Source: Candidatus Scatovivens sp. (lineage in GTDB: Bacteria > Bacillota > Clostridia > TANB77 > CAG-508). From it: 64,000 nt of DNA. Under the pieces are notes generated by a model. The model worked only from the letters and a program-made list of their open reading frames with translations, was not told the DNA's origin and did not search any database. Shown in pieces: positions 21,377 to 31,398 of this stretch; positions within the stretch are counted from its first letter, which is position 1, and each line of letters begins with the position of its first letter. The translations under genes and the position numbers were made by a program. The stretch covers positions 1,693 to 65,692 of the forward strand of contig JAZRKN010000016.1 in assembly GCA_045646345.1 (NCBI GenBank). The letters run 5' to 3'.

Positions 21377-24300
21377 TTATATTTTTGTTATATCTACTGG
21401 TACCAAATCTTTTTCATCTACATCATTTTCAATTGCTTTATATAAAGCATTAACTGTATCTAAAGATGTAAAGCATGGAATTTTACATTCAACAGCCATT
21501 CTTCTAATTTTGAATCCATCTCTATTTGATTGTTTTCCTTTTGTAGGAGTATTTACAACAAAGTTAATTTTTCCTGATTCAATTAGATCAATTATGCTAT
21601 TTTTTCCTTCCCATAATTTTTCTATCATTGTAGATTTTACCCCATTTTCTTCTAAGAATTTTGAAGTACCATAAGTTGCATATATTTCAAATCCTTTTTC
21701 TTTAAATTTCTTAGCCATTGGAAGCATTTCTTCTTTATCTTTATCTCTAACTGTTATTAATATAGCTCCTTTTTTAGAAACATTTGCACCACTTGCTATA
21801 AACGCTTTTAAAACAGCATTTTCAAATTTTTTAGAAACACCTAAAACTTCACCAGTTGATTTCATTTCAGGCCCTAATGATGTATCTGCATTTTTAATCT
21901 TTTCAAATGAGAATACTGGCATTTTTACACATATATAATCACTTTTTTTATATAGTCCTGTTCCATATCCTAATTCTTTTAATTTTTTACCTAAAATTAC
22001 TTTAGTAGCTATATCAATCATTGGAAGATTTGTAACTTTACTAATATATGGAACTGTCCTACTAGAACGAGGATTTACCTCTATAATATACACTTCACCT
22101 TCACTAATTATAAATTGTATATTTAAAATACCTATTACATTTAATTCTTTAGCAATTTTCTCTGTATATTCTATGATTTTTTTCTCATGTTCTTTTGATA
22201 CATTTTGTGTTGGATAAACTGAAATACTATCTCCAGAGTGAACTCCAGCTCTTTCTAAGTGTTCCATTATACCTGGTATTAATATATCTTTACCATCACA
22301 AATCGCATCTACTTCAACCTCTCTACCTAAAATATATTTATCAACTAATATCGGATGTTCTTGTTCTATTGTATTAATTTCATTTACATAGTTTTCAATT
22401 TCTCTATCATCATATGCTATTGCCATACCTTGTCCACCAAGAACATATGATGGTCTAACAAGTACTGGATATCCAAGTTTGTTTGCAACTTCTTTTGCTT
22501 CTTCTACAGTAAAAATTGTGCTTCCTTTTGGTCTTAATATTCCACAATTATTTAAAGCTTCATCGAATTCTTTTCTATCCTCAGCTCTATCCATATCAAC
22601 TTCTTGGGTTCCCATTATTTCAACGCCCATTTCAGTTAAATCTTTTGTTAATTTTATCGCTGTTTGCCCACCAAATTGAACAATTGCACCATCTGGTTTC
22701 TCTACTCTTACTATATTTTCAACATCTTCTCTTGTTAATGGTTCAAAATATAATTTATCTGCAATATCAAAATCAGTACTTACTGTTTCTGGATTGTTAT
22801 TTACAATTATAGTTTCATAACCTTGTTTTTTTAATGCCCAAACACCGTGAACACTACAATAATCAAATTCAATACCTTGTCCAATTCTAATTGGTCCAGA
22901 TCCCAAAACCATAACTTTCTTTTTATTAGATTTTTTTGCTTCACAACCATCATCATATGAAGAGTAATAATATGGAGTTTTTGCTTCAAATTCTGCCGCA
23001 CATGTATCTACTACTTTAAAGCTTGCTATAATATTATTTTTCTCTCTCATTTTCTTAATTTCTTCTTCATTTTTGCCCGATAATTTAGCTATTATTTTAT
23101 CTGTAAAACCTAATTTCTTTGCTTTTTCTAGCATTTTTGAATTCATTTGATTTAATTCTAATTCTTTTTCCATTTTTATTAGTTTATAAATGGCTCCAAT
23201 AAAGAATTTATCTATTTTAGTTATTTCACTAATTCTTTCAACAGAAATTTCTTTTCTTATCGCTTCTGCAATTACAAATAATCTTTCGTTATCTACTATC
23301 CTTAATTTTTCTTCAACTTCAGATTTTTCAAGTTCTGTTAATTTATCTAGTTTTAAATATTCTACATTTTCTTCTAAAGAACGAATTGCTTTCATAAGTC
23401 CAGCTTCTAAATTAGTAGCTATCGACATTACTTCTCCTGTTGCTTTCATTTGAGTTCCTAGTGTACGATTTGCTGTTAAGAATTTTTTAAATGGCCACTT
23501 TGGAACTTTAACAACAACATAATCTATTGTCGGTTCAAAACATGCATAAGTTTTTCCTGTTACTTCATTTCTTATTTCATCTAATGTATAACCTAAAGCA
23601 ATTTTTGATGCAACTTTTGCTATCGGATATCCAGTTGCTTTTGACGCTAATGCTGATGAACGGCTAACTCTTGGATTCACTTCTATTACTGCATATTCAA
23701 AACTTGTTGGATGAAGTGCAAATTGAACATTGCATCCACCTTCAATTTTTAATGCTTCAATTATTTTTAATGCAGAATTTTTTAACATTGAAAATTCTTT
23801 ATTTGATAATGTTTGAGCTGGTGCTACAACTATACTATCTCCTGTATGAACTCCAACTGGATCTATATTTTCCATACTACAGATTGTTATACTATTTCCT
23901 TTTCTGTCTCTCATAACTTCAAACTCGATTTCTTTCCAACCTGTTATACATTTTTCTACTAGTATTTCATTTACTCTAGACATTCTTATACCAGAACCTG
24001 CAATTTCTTCTAGCTCTTCCATTGTATATGCGATACCTCCACCAGTACCACCTAAAGTATATGCTGGTCTTATTATAACAGGAAGACCAATTTCTCTTGA
24101 AAATTCAACAGCATCTTCTACTGTATGTACAACTTTACTTGCAATACAAGGTTCATTTATTGCTTCCATCATATCTTTAAAGCATTGTCTATCTTCTGCG
24201 TTTCTTATTCCATCTACACCAGTTCCTAAAAGTTTAACTTTTTTCTCTTTTAAAAATCCAGCTTCTTCAAGTTCCATAGCTAAATTAAGCCCTGTTTGTC

Positions 24301-24574
24301 CACCTAAATTTGGTAAAATGCTGTCTGGTTTTTCTATATTTATGATTTTCTTTACAGTCTCTACTGTTAGTGGCTCAATATAAATTTTATCTGCCATATT
24401 TTTATCTGTCATAATTGTTGCTGGATTAGAATTTATTAAAACAACTTCTAAACCTTCCTTTTTTAGTTCTCTACAAGCTTGGGTACCAGCATAATCAAAT
24501 TCAGCAGCTTGTCCTATTATAATTGGTCCAGAACCTATAACTAATACTTTTTTTATATCTTTATATTTTGGCAT
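21377..24574 (-). CDS. carB: carbamoyl-phosphate synthase large subunit
   Basis: 1065 aa, duplicated ATP-grasp halves, MGS-like C-terminus. Confidence 0.95.
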   Translation of the reverse strand: MPKYKDIKKVLVIGSGPIIIGQAAEFDYAGTQACRELKKEGLEVVLINSNPATIMTDKNMADKIYIEPLTVETVKKIINIEKPDSILPNLGGQTGLNLAMELEEAGFLKEKKVKLLGTGVDGIRNAEDRQCFKDMMEAINEPCIASKVVHTVEDAVEFSREIGLPVIIRPAYTLGGTGGGIAYTMEELEEIAGSGIRMSRVNEILVEKCITGWKEIEFEVMRDRKGNSITICSMENIDPVGVHTGDSIVVAPAQTLSNKEFSMLKNSALKIIEALKIEGGCNVQFALHPTSFEYAVIEVNPRVSRSSALASKATGYPIAKVASKIALGYTLDEIRNEVTGKTYACFEPTIDYVVVKVPKWPFKKFLTANRTLGTQMKATGEVMSIATNLEAGLMKAIRSLEENVEYLKLDKLTELEKSEVEEKLRIVDNERLFVIAEAIRKEISVERISEITKIDKFFIGAIYKLIKMEKELELNQMNSKMLEKAKKLGFTDKIIAKLSGKNEEEIKKMREKNNIIASFKVVDTCAAEFEAKTPYYYSSYDDGCEAKKSNKKKVMVLGSGPIRIGQGIEFDYCSVHGVWALKKQGYETIIVNNNPETVSTDFDIADKLYFEPLTREDVENIVRVEKPDGAIVQFGGQTAIKLTKDLTEMGVEIMGTQEVDMDRAEDRKEFDEALNNCGILRPKGSTIFTVEEAKEVANKLGYPVLVRPSYVLGGQGMAIAYDDREIENYVNEINTIEQEHPILVDKYILGREVEVDAICDGKDILIPGIMEHLERAGVHSGDSISVYPTQNVSKEHEKKIIEYTEKIAKELNVIGILNIQFIISEGEVYIIEVNPRSSRTVPYISKVTNLPMIDIATKVILGKKLKELGYGTGLYKKSDYICVKMPVFSFEKIKNADTSLGPEMKSTGEVLGVSKKFENAVLKAFIASGANVSKKGAILITVRDKDKEEMLPMAKKFKEKGFEIYATYGTSKFLEENGVKSTMIEKLWEGKNSIIDLIESGKINFVVNTPTKGKQSNRDGFKIRRMAVECKIPCFTSLDTVNALYKAIENDVDEKDLVPVDITKI

Positions 24575-24609
24575 TATAATTCTCCTTTACAACTTTCATT
24601 TAATACTAT

Positions 24610-25659
24610 TTATTTTTTCATCGTTTCCATAAATTCATCATATATATAATCAGCATCTTCTGGATAGAATTGAATTGTAAATATTTTTTTATTTTTATAT
24701 CTTAAACCTTCATTTGTTCCATCATTTAAATTTATATGTGAAACTTCTGCAATTTCTTTTTTTATACTCTCTTCAATAATATAGTAACCATGATTTTGAT
24801 TTGTTATATGCACAATATCTTTTCTTATATCTTTTACTGGATGATTTGGTCCTCTATGTCCGTATTTTAATTTTCCTATCTCAAATCCATTTGCAAGTCC
24901 CATAAGTTGATGACCAAATGCAATCCCCAATATTGGCACTCCAGAATCATATAGTCTTTTTACAACCTTTATTTGTGCATCATAATCCGCCGGATCTCCA
25001 GGTCCATTTGAAAGCATTACACCATCAGGATTCATTGCCAAAATTTTATCTGCACCTGTACTTGCTGGGAAAACCGTTACTTCACAATTTCTTTTTAACA
25101 AGGAATTTATTAAATTATGTTTTACTCCATAATCTATTACTGCAACCTTTTTCTCTTTTCCTCTACCATACATTTGGACTTGTTTAGAAGTAACTTTACT
25201 TACTGCACTTTCAATATGATAATCTTTAATTTTTTTCATTATTTCATCAATATTTGAAATATTTGATGTTAAGTATCCTTTCATTGTTCCATTGTCTCTT
25301 AACATTCTTACAAGTTTTCTTGTATTTACATTTGTTAATCCCGGAACTTTATTATCTCTTAAGAACTTATCAAAATTAAATTTTGATCTAAAATTGCTTT
25401 CAAAATCTGCAACTTCATGTACAAAAACTGCTTTTGCAAATATACCATCTGATTCATAATCTTCTGGCATAACCCCATAATTTCCAATTAGAGGATAAGT
25501 CATAACTATACCTTGTCCATAATATGAAGGATCAGTAAGAGTTTCAATATATCCTACCATAGAAGTATTAAAAACAACTTCACAAGGTGTATCAGCATTA
25601 AAACCAATTCTTTCTCCTTCAAAAATTTCACCATTTTCTAGTACTAAATAACCTACCAT
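24610..25659 (-). CDS. carA: carbamoyl-phosphate synthase small subunit (glutamine amidotransferase)
   Basis: 349 aa; class I GATase Cys-His region (GIAFGHQLM). Confidence 0.95.
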   Translation of the reverse strand: MVGYLVLENGEIFEGERIGFNADTPCEVVFNTSMVGYIETLTDPSYYGQGIVMTYPLIGNYGVMPEDYESDGIFAKAVFVHEVADFESNFRSKFNFDKFLRDNKVPGLTNVNTRKLVRMLRDNGTMKGYLTSNISNIDEIMKKIKDYHIESAVSKVTSKQVQMYGRGKEKKVAVIDYGVKHNLINSLLKRNCEVTVFPASTGADKILAMNPDGVMLSNGPGDPADYDAQIKVVKRLYDSGVPILGIAFGHQLMGLANGFEIGKLKYGHRGPNHPVKDIRKDIVHITNQNHGYYIIEESIKKEIAEVSHINLNDGTNEGLRYKNKKIFTIQFYPEDADYIYDEFMETMKK

Positions 25660-25741
25660 TTTTCCATCCTTTCTTTATCTTTTATAGTCTTTTGTAGCTA
25701 TCAACCATTTGTATATTATTCTTTATATCTTATGTTGATTT

Positions 25742-25776
25742 CCAAAAAAAGAGTCACTAATTAAAAATTAGTGACT
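25742..25776 (-). terminator. intrinsic terminator or attenuator hairpin in the carA upstream region
   Basis: stem agtcactaatt-aaa-aattagtgact, with a U-run following on the minus strand. Sits about 85 nt upstream of carA. Confidence 0.55.
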
Positions 25777-25893
25777 TCTATTAATATTATTTAATTTTAA
25801 ATTTGAAAATATAATTGAAGAAAATGAAACTAAAATAGAATTAAAAAACATTTTATTTTTTATTCTATTTGCTACATTTGAATATGTCATCAT
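25768..25893 (-). CDS. candidate small hydrophobic peptide (41 aa)
   Basis: GGAGG RBS at 25900-25904 and tandem ATG; sequence MMTYSNVANRIKNKMFFNSILVSFSSIIFSNLKLNNINRSH. Its stop codon lies inside the terminator stem. Confidence 0.3.
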   Translation of the reverse strand: MMTYSNVANRIKNKMFFNSILVSFSSIIFSNLKLNNINRSH

Positions 25894-25969
25894 TTACATC
25901 CTCCATTATCTTCACATTGTTAAAATTTTACTATACATTTTATAAAAAATCAAGAAATATTATTTTTTT

Positions 25970-27946
25970 TTATATTTTTTTAGATTTTAACGACCGCCGC
26001 AGCTTCCTCCACCGCCTCCGGCCACCTCCGCCGCTTGAGAATCCACCTCCGCCGCCAGAGCCACTACTATCATATGAGTTAGCAGCCGAATATGCAGCTG
26101 ATGCTCTATCATATACACTTTCTAATCCTCTACTAAATCTATCAAAAACATCAATATCAAAATTCGAATTTGCCATTACATTCCAATAAGTTGCATTTTG
26201 TAAATTTTCAGAATTTTCAAAAAATTCTGGATGAATAGCTTTTAATTGTTTTAAGACTTTTTTAGAAATACCAAATGCAGTAGCATAAACTAAATATTTT
26301 TCCCACATAACAAGATCAGGAACTTCTCTTTCAGCCATCATTGAATAATCTTCAATATATTTTTTTAAGCCCTTCCATTGATTTTTCTCTTCATTTCCTT
26401 TTGTTGAAAGAATAGAAATATATTTATAGTTTTTCATACATCTCACTTGAAGTATAATACATCCAATAATTGGAGTTATTATTCCTATATAAAACATAAA
26501 AATTGAAATAATAGCAAATATCAGATACTTGCTAGCTTTTGATTTCCATTTTTCTGCAAGGAATAATCTTTCTTCTTCTATATTACCAGCGTTTTGATTT
26601 AATCTTTTTCCAACAACATCCAACGAATTCAATTTTGAATAAACCAAATCGTATTCATTTTTTGCAAATCTTTCAAATTCTTTTGGAGTTATATAATCTT
26701 TTCCAAGCATTGCAGCTCTTATAAGTTCTAATACCAATCTTTCATCTTCAGATGTATTAATTTGAGGATCTTTGTTAGTTCTTAATATTTTCACATCTTT
26801 TGATTCTGTTACTTCAAGCGAAATATACCCTTTTAAAGCTAAATTTAAAATTGTAGCTGAAAAGATTTTTGGAATATAACTTCTCATAATTGAAGTATTA
26901 TTATTAAAACAATACAAATACATTGCTTTTGTTGGTGTTGCTTGTTTTTCATCCGGTATATCTCTAAAATATTCTAACTCTGATTTTGGATATGTATACT
27001 TTTCTTTTAATTCTTTACCTATTTTTCTATATTTTCTTGCTGTCACAATGAATGGTATCAGTATAATACCATTTACTATACAAGCAATAATTATAATCTT
27101 TTTTAATTTTTCTATTTTTTCTCTAGCATATTCTCTTTCATCGTTTGCCCTTTTTGCCCATTTATTTTCTTCTTCTAAAATATTATCTAACTGTGATTTG
27201 TTATATTTATTGTCACATTCATAATAAATATTTTCATCTGTTACAATACGTAATTCAAACATTTCATTTGAATTAATTTTTGCTAAAGAAAAACTCGCTT
27301 GAGATTTTGAATCTTTAAAAATTGAAGCACTTAAGTTCCCATGTCCCCAAACTCTAAAAGACTCTTCATTTTGCACTTCATCTGGTAATCTTATTCTACC
27401 AGTTAAGTTTCTTCCATACATTCCATTTTCATTACTTAAAAATTGCCAATACAATTCAGTACAATCATTATAAATTTTAACCGCATTTTCCACTGTATAA
27501 TACATCTTATACATTTTGTTACCCGAAGTATTATCTAATCCTATATTCCATGCAATTTCATATGTACCTTTTTCCGTTTCTAACGCATAAAAACATCCAG
27601 GATCAACATGATATTTATATTGATTAATTTCCCTTAATTTTTTTTCTTGATTATCTGTTATTTCTATAACACCAGCATCTTTTATTTGATAACCACTACT
27701 TACTCCCAAATCAAATGTTTTAAATAAAGTATTAGTTTCGCTAGCATAAACATCCCAAGTTTCTACTACAGTCATACTTCCATCTGAATTTAAAGTCACA
27801 TCATAGTCAAGTGAATTCCATCTTTGAGTTCCAGCATATGAAGATGTACTAAATAAAAAAATGATGCATAATAAAAATAAGCTTATTAATCCAATTTTTT
27901 TCTTAAGTTCCATAATGTATCTCCTTTGTAATTTAATTTTAAACAA
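25970..27946 (-). CDS. DUF2207-like membrane protein with a Gly-rich C-terminal tail
   Basis: 658 aa: signal peptide, large extracytoplasmic domain, TM helices, C-terminus SSGSGGGGGFSSGGGGRRRW. This architecture recalls DUF2207. Confidence 0.55.
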   Translation of the reverse strand: MFKIKLQRRYIMELKKKIGLISLFLLCIIFLFSTSSYAGTQRWNSLDYDVTLNSDGSMTVVETWDVYASETNTLFKTFDLGVSSGYQIKDAGVIEITDNQEKKLREINQYKYHVDPGCFYALETEKGTYEIAWNIGLDNTSGNKMYKMYYTVENAVKIYNDCTELYWQFLSNENGMYGRNLTGRIRLPDEVQNEESFRVWGHGNLSASIFKDSKSQASFSLAKINSNEMFELRIVTDENIYYECDNKYNKSQLDNILEEENKWAKRANDEREYAREKIEKLKKIIIIACIVNGIILIPFIVTARKYRKIGKELKEKYTYPKSELEYFRDIPDEKQATPTKAMYLYCFNNNTSIMRSYIPKIFSATILNLALKGYISLEVTESKDVKILRTNKDPQINTSEDERLVLELIRAAMLGKDYITPKEFERFAKNEYDLVYSKLNSLDVVGKRLNQNAGNIEEERLFLAEKWKSKASKYLIFAIISIFMFYIGIITPIIGCIILQVRCMKNYKYISILSTKGNEEKNQWKGLKKYIEDYSMMAEREVPDLVMWEKYLVYATAFGISKKVLKQLKAIHPEFFENSENLQNATYWNVMANSNFDIDVFDRFSRGLESVYDRASAAYSAANSYDSSGSGGGGGFSSGGGGRRRWRKLRRSLKSKKI

Positions 27947-28024
27947 AATCTTTAAATATTGAATCCATTATATTATATAAATTTTAATTCTACTAGTTTT
28001 TACAAAAATTTTATTACAAAAAAA

Positions 28025-28056
28025 AAGATGTCTCATTATCTGAGACATCTTAATAT
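28025..28056 (-). terminator. intrinsic terminator after tsf
   Basis: stem aagatgtctca/tgagacatctt with U-run on the minus strand. Confidence 0.75.
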
Positions 28057-28062
28057 TACTTA

Positions 28063-28938
28063 TTATTGTAATTGTTTCATAACTTCTTCAGCAAAGTTTT
28101 CTTCTTTTTTCTCGATTCCTTCACCTTTTTCAAATCTTGCAAATCTTGTCATTTCTGATCCGTTGTTTTTAATTAAATCTCCAACTTTAACACTTGGATC
28201 TTTAACAAATTCTTGATCTAATAAACAGATTTCTGAATAGAATTTTCCAATTCTTCCTTGAACCATTTTTTCAGCTATTTCAGCAGGTTTTCCTTCATTC
28301 ATAGCTTGAGCTTTTAATATTTCCATTTCTTTAGCTACTCTGTCTTGTGGAACTGATTCTCTGTTAAAGAATTCAGGTCTTGCAGCAGCGATTTGCATAC
28401 ATACGTCTTTAGCTAATTCTGATTCACCTTTAGCAAAATCAACTAAAACAGCGATTTTTCCTGCTCCGTGAATATAACTTTCAACTAAACCAGCTGATTC
28501 GAATCTTTCAAATCTTCTGATTGACATATTTTCTCCTATTGTAGCAATTTTTTCTGTTAATACTTCTTGAACTGTTTTTCCAGCATTTTTATATGTTGTA
28601 GCAAGTAATGCTTCTACATCAGCAGGAGCATTTACTGCAACTATTTCAGCTATATCATTAACAAAGTTAACGAATTCTTCGTTTTTAGCAACGAAATCTG
28701 TTTCAGCATTTACTTCAACTATTGCTCCAACTTTTTTATCAGCTGTTACATGAGCTGCTACTAAACCTTCAGCTGCAATTCTTCCTGATTTTTTAGCTGC
28801 TTTTGCTATTCCTCTTTCTCTTAATAACTCAGCTGCTTTTTCCATATCTCCATTTGTTTCTGTTAAAACTTTTTTGCAGTCCATCATTCCTGCACCTGTT
28901 TTTTCTCTCAAGTTTTTAACTAATTCTGCAGTTATCAT
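28063..28938 (-). CDS. tsf: elongation factor Ts
   Basis: N-terminal ITAELVKNLREKTGAGMMDCKKVL signature; 291 aa. Confidence 0.95.
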   Translation of the reverse strand: MITAELVKNLREKTGAGMMDCKKVLTETNGDMEKAAELLRERGIAKAAKKSGRIAAEGLVAAHVTADKKVGAIVEVNAETDFVAKNEEFVNFVNDIAEIVAVNAPADVEALLATTYKNAGKTVQEVLTEKIATIGENMSIRRFERFESAGLVESYIHGAGKIAVLVDFAKGESELAKDVCMQIAAARPEFFNRESVPQDRVAKEMEILKAQAMNEGKPAEIAEKMVQGRIGKFYSEICLLDQEFVKDPSVKVGDLIKNNGSEMTRFARFEKGEGIEKKEENFAEEVMKQLQ

Positions 28939-29075
28939 TTTTTACCTCCCAAAAAATTATATATTTCCACTTTTCTCACTAAAGTGGTATTAAAATCTTT
29001 TATCAAAAAACGGACATAATAATAATACTACTAGCTTGAATATTATTAAATGTCCGCTTCTGTTATATTTAAAAA

Positions 29076-29840
29076 TTATTCTTCTTCGCTAGCAACTACT
29101 TCTTCCATATCTGTAGCTTCTTCAGCTTCTTCAACCATAGTTGTTACTTCAGCATCTTCACCTTGTCTACCTTCTATAACAGCGTTAGCCATAACATCAG
29201 CAATTAATTTAACTGCTCTTATAGCATCGTCGTTTCCTGGTATAGCAAAGTCAACGTCTTCTGGATTGCAGTTTGTATCTACTAATCCAACAACTGGAAT
29301 TCCTAATTTTTTAGCTTCTAATACAGCTATTCTTTCTTTTTTAGGATCAACTACGAACATAACTCCTGGCATTTCTTTCATATCTTTGATTCCGCCAAGA
29401 TTTTTTTCTAATTTTTCCATTTCATTTTTTAATCCGCTAACTTCTTTTTTTGGTAATACTTCGAATGTTCCATCAGCTTGCATAGCTTCTAAATCTCTTA
29501 ATCTTTGGATTCTTCCTTCGATTGTTTTGAAGTTTGTTAACATTCCTCCTAACCATCTTTGGTCAACATAGTACATGTTACATCTTTCTGCAGCTTCTTT
29601 AACACATTCTTGTGCTTGTTTTTTAGTTCCTACGAAAAGAACTGTTTTTCCTTCTTCTGCTTGTTCTTTAACGAATTTGTAAGCTTCGTCTAATTTTTTT
29701 GATGTTTTTTGTAAATCGATAATGTGAATACCATTTCTAGCTTGGAATATATATTCAGCCATTTTTGTATAGCATCTTCTTGTTTGATGTCCGAAATGAA
29801 CACCAGCTTCAAGTAATTGTTTCATTGCAACTACTGCCAT
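29076..29840 (-). CDS. rpsB: 30S ribosomal protein S2
   Basis: [15 protein letters not shown]-terminal signature and acidic C-tail. True start at 29840 (MAVVAMKQ) with RBS GGAGGA; the track's 5' extension is spurious. Confidence 0.95.
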   Translation of the reverse strand: MAVVAMKQLLEAGVHFGHQTRRCYTKMAEYIFQARNGIHIIDLQKTSKKLDEAYKFVKEQAEEGKTVLFVGTKKQAQECVKEAAERCNMYYVDQRWLGGMLTNFKTIEGRIQRLRDLEAMQADGTFEVLPKKEVSGLKNEMEKLEKNLGGIKDMKEMPGVMFVVDPKKERIAVLEAKKLGIPVVGLVDTNCNPEDVDFAIPGNDDAIRAVKLIADVMANAVIEGRQGEDAEVTTMVEEAEEATDMEEVVASEEE

Positions 29841-30028
29841 TTTAATTTCCTCCTTAAATTTTGTTTTTTTCCTCCATAGATTTCCACATTTTAGACAACT
29901 ATTGTTAAAACAATAGCACAATCTAAAACTCAATCTATGTGTGTTATTATATAACTCTGACATTATACCAGCTTTTTTCCTTAATTGCAAGTGTTTTTTA
30001 GATTTATTTTACATATTTTATTGTTTTA

Positions 30029-30068
30029 TAAAAAAGAATGGGAGCTAGCGCAACTTACACTAGCTCCC
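30029..30068 (-). terminator. GC-rich intrinsic terminator downstream of paralog A
   Basis: stem gggagctag/ctagctccc followed on the minus strand by a U-run. Confidence 0.7.
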
Positions 30069-30080
30069 ACAATCCAAATA

Positions 30081-31193
30081 TCACCAAATTGTCGTTTCAA
30101 CAGCTCTTTCACTGTTTCTCACACCCCTTGCCAAAAGATCCCACAGATCAAATGCCAGCAAGGAAGTTCTGATGTTGGCCTTACCGTAGCGGTAGTCAAC
30201 AAAGATCAGACAATTTTTTTCCCAAATCTGGCGGTGATTATCAGGATTCACACGGTCTCTGCGATGTTCACCGATTTTGGTGTAGGTCATCATCTGGTTG
30301 GTAATAAAGTCGTGCTTATATACCACGTCGATGATACCTTCTTCCTGACACATAGCCTCGAAAACACCCTTTGCAAATGCGTGAATGTCTCGAGAACCAG
30401 CAGAAAGCGAACGAGTTCTTCCGTATCCCTTATCCAGGATACTTACTTGCTTGCTGTGCTTCAGCTTAGCAAAGTTAGGATAAGCCACCATTGCATTCTT
30501 ATAGATTTTTCTCAACAGCACGGCTTCAGAGCCGCTGATGTGAGCATAACCATGAACATGCAGGGTGTCGAAGAAGTACTTCAGAAAACGATTCAGATTG
30601 TCGAAACACTCCATATCGTCGCGAGCCATCTTCAGTTCTTTCTCCAGTTCTTTGCTGCAGCGAGATTCAGTAGCCGGATCCTTTGCAGTCACTTCCAGCA
30701 CTTTCACTTCGAGCACATTCTTTTCAGGATTGAAGTAGAACAGCACTTTAGCCTTAGCCTTAGGCTTTTTTACCTCAACTTCCTTAGGTTCTCTGCTAGG
30801 AACCATGGTAGTTTTTCCGTCGTTCACAACAACCTTGTTCACAACGACGTATTCGGTCTTAACTTCCTTCACTTTTGCTTTGGTTGCCAGGTATACAACA
30901 TTGCCCAACACCTCGTTGTCCATGTTGACACCATCATTGGTCGTGATTTTCTTACCGGAAGCCTTCTTCGAGGATTTTTCCTCATTCTTCTGGTATTTCA
31001 TTCTCTCCCAGCTGCATCCGGTTCCCAAAAAACCACTCAGAAAACTCCGCTGATGAGCTTCGGTCATGATCGCATTTCGTTCTTCGGAGGACAAACCTCT
31101 AAATTTACGCAGCTCCTGACCATTGCCATCAAGAACCTTTCCCAAAAACTCGGGACTGACTGTTACCTTAATATCATTCTTCTTAATATCCAT
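30081..31193 (-). CDS. hypothetical protein, paralog A of a tandem pair (370 aa)
   Basis: About 45-48% GC. C-terminal roughly 170 aa is homologous to the downstream neighbour. Shared motifs: EAV, YPxFAKL, KGxxRxR, FAxxxFExM, VYKxD, IRTSxxxFDLW. Own promoter and terminator. Confidence 0.5.
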   Translation of the reverse strand: MDIKKNDIKVTVSPEFLGKVLDGNGQELRKFRGLSSEERNAIMTEAHQRSFLSGFLGTGCSWERMKYQKNEEKSSKKASGKKITTNDGVNMDNEVLGNVVYLATKAKVKEVKTEYVVVNKVVVNDGKTTMVPSREPKEVEVKKPKAKAKVLFYFNPEKNVLEVKVLEVTAKDPATESRCSKELEKELKMARDDMECFDNLNRFLKYFFDTLHVHGYAHISGSEAVLLRKIYKNAMVAYPNFAKLKHSKQVSILDKGYGRTRSLSAGSRDIHAFAKGVFEAMCQEEGIIDVVYKHDFITNQMMTYTKIGEHRRDRVNPDNHRQIWEKNCLIFVDYRYGKANIRTSLLAFDLWDLLARGVRNSERAVETTIW

Positions 31194-31266
31194 GTTGCAT
31201 TTCTCCTCCTGTATATGTAGAATTTAAGGTTTACAAGTTTCAATTAAAGCACAATGCTTCAATTAT

Positions 31267-31295
31267 ATTATAACACAAAGTCATATTTTCGTCAA
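31267..31295 (-). promoter_or_regulatory. near-consensus sigma-A promoter (TTGACG-17-TATAAT) for paralog A
   Basis: minus-strand reading ttgacgaaaatatgactttgtgttataat. Confidence 0.6.
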
Positions 31296-31352
31296 ACAAA
31301 TCTTGTATAAAAAATTACCACTAGTATAACCTGAGTTTTACTCTAAAATTAA

Positions 31353-31388
31353 GAAAAACGGAGACATACTCATGTCTCCGTTTTTTAA
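31353..31388. terminator. bidirectional intrinsic terminator after paralog B
   Basis: stem aacggagacat/atgtctccgtt with A/T runs on both sides. Confidence 0.75.
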
Positions 31389-31398
31389 TCCATTTCAG

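Noticed and set aside
25869-26189. 106-aa plus-strand ORF with a PPPP-rich segment
   Set aside because: Antisense to the Gly-rich tail of the DUF2207-like gene (Gly codons read as Pro on the other strand)
29841-29990. 50-aa N-terminal extension of rpsB in the track ORF
   Set aside because: S2 begins at [19 protein letters not shown] with a GGAGGA RBS at 29848-29853; the upstream part is non-coding promoter region
29985-31220. 411-aa ORF on the plus strand spanning the GC-rich island
   Set aside because: Low-complexity His/Phe/Leu-rich translation, antisense to a coherent protein that has a paralog, promoter, RBS and terminator; typical long shadow ORF in a GC-elevated region
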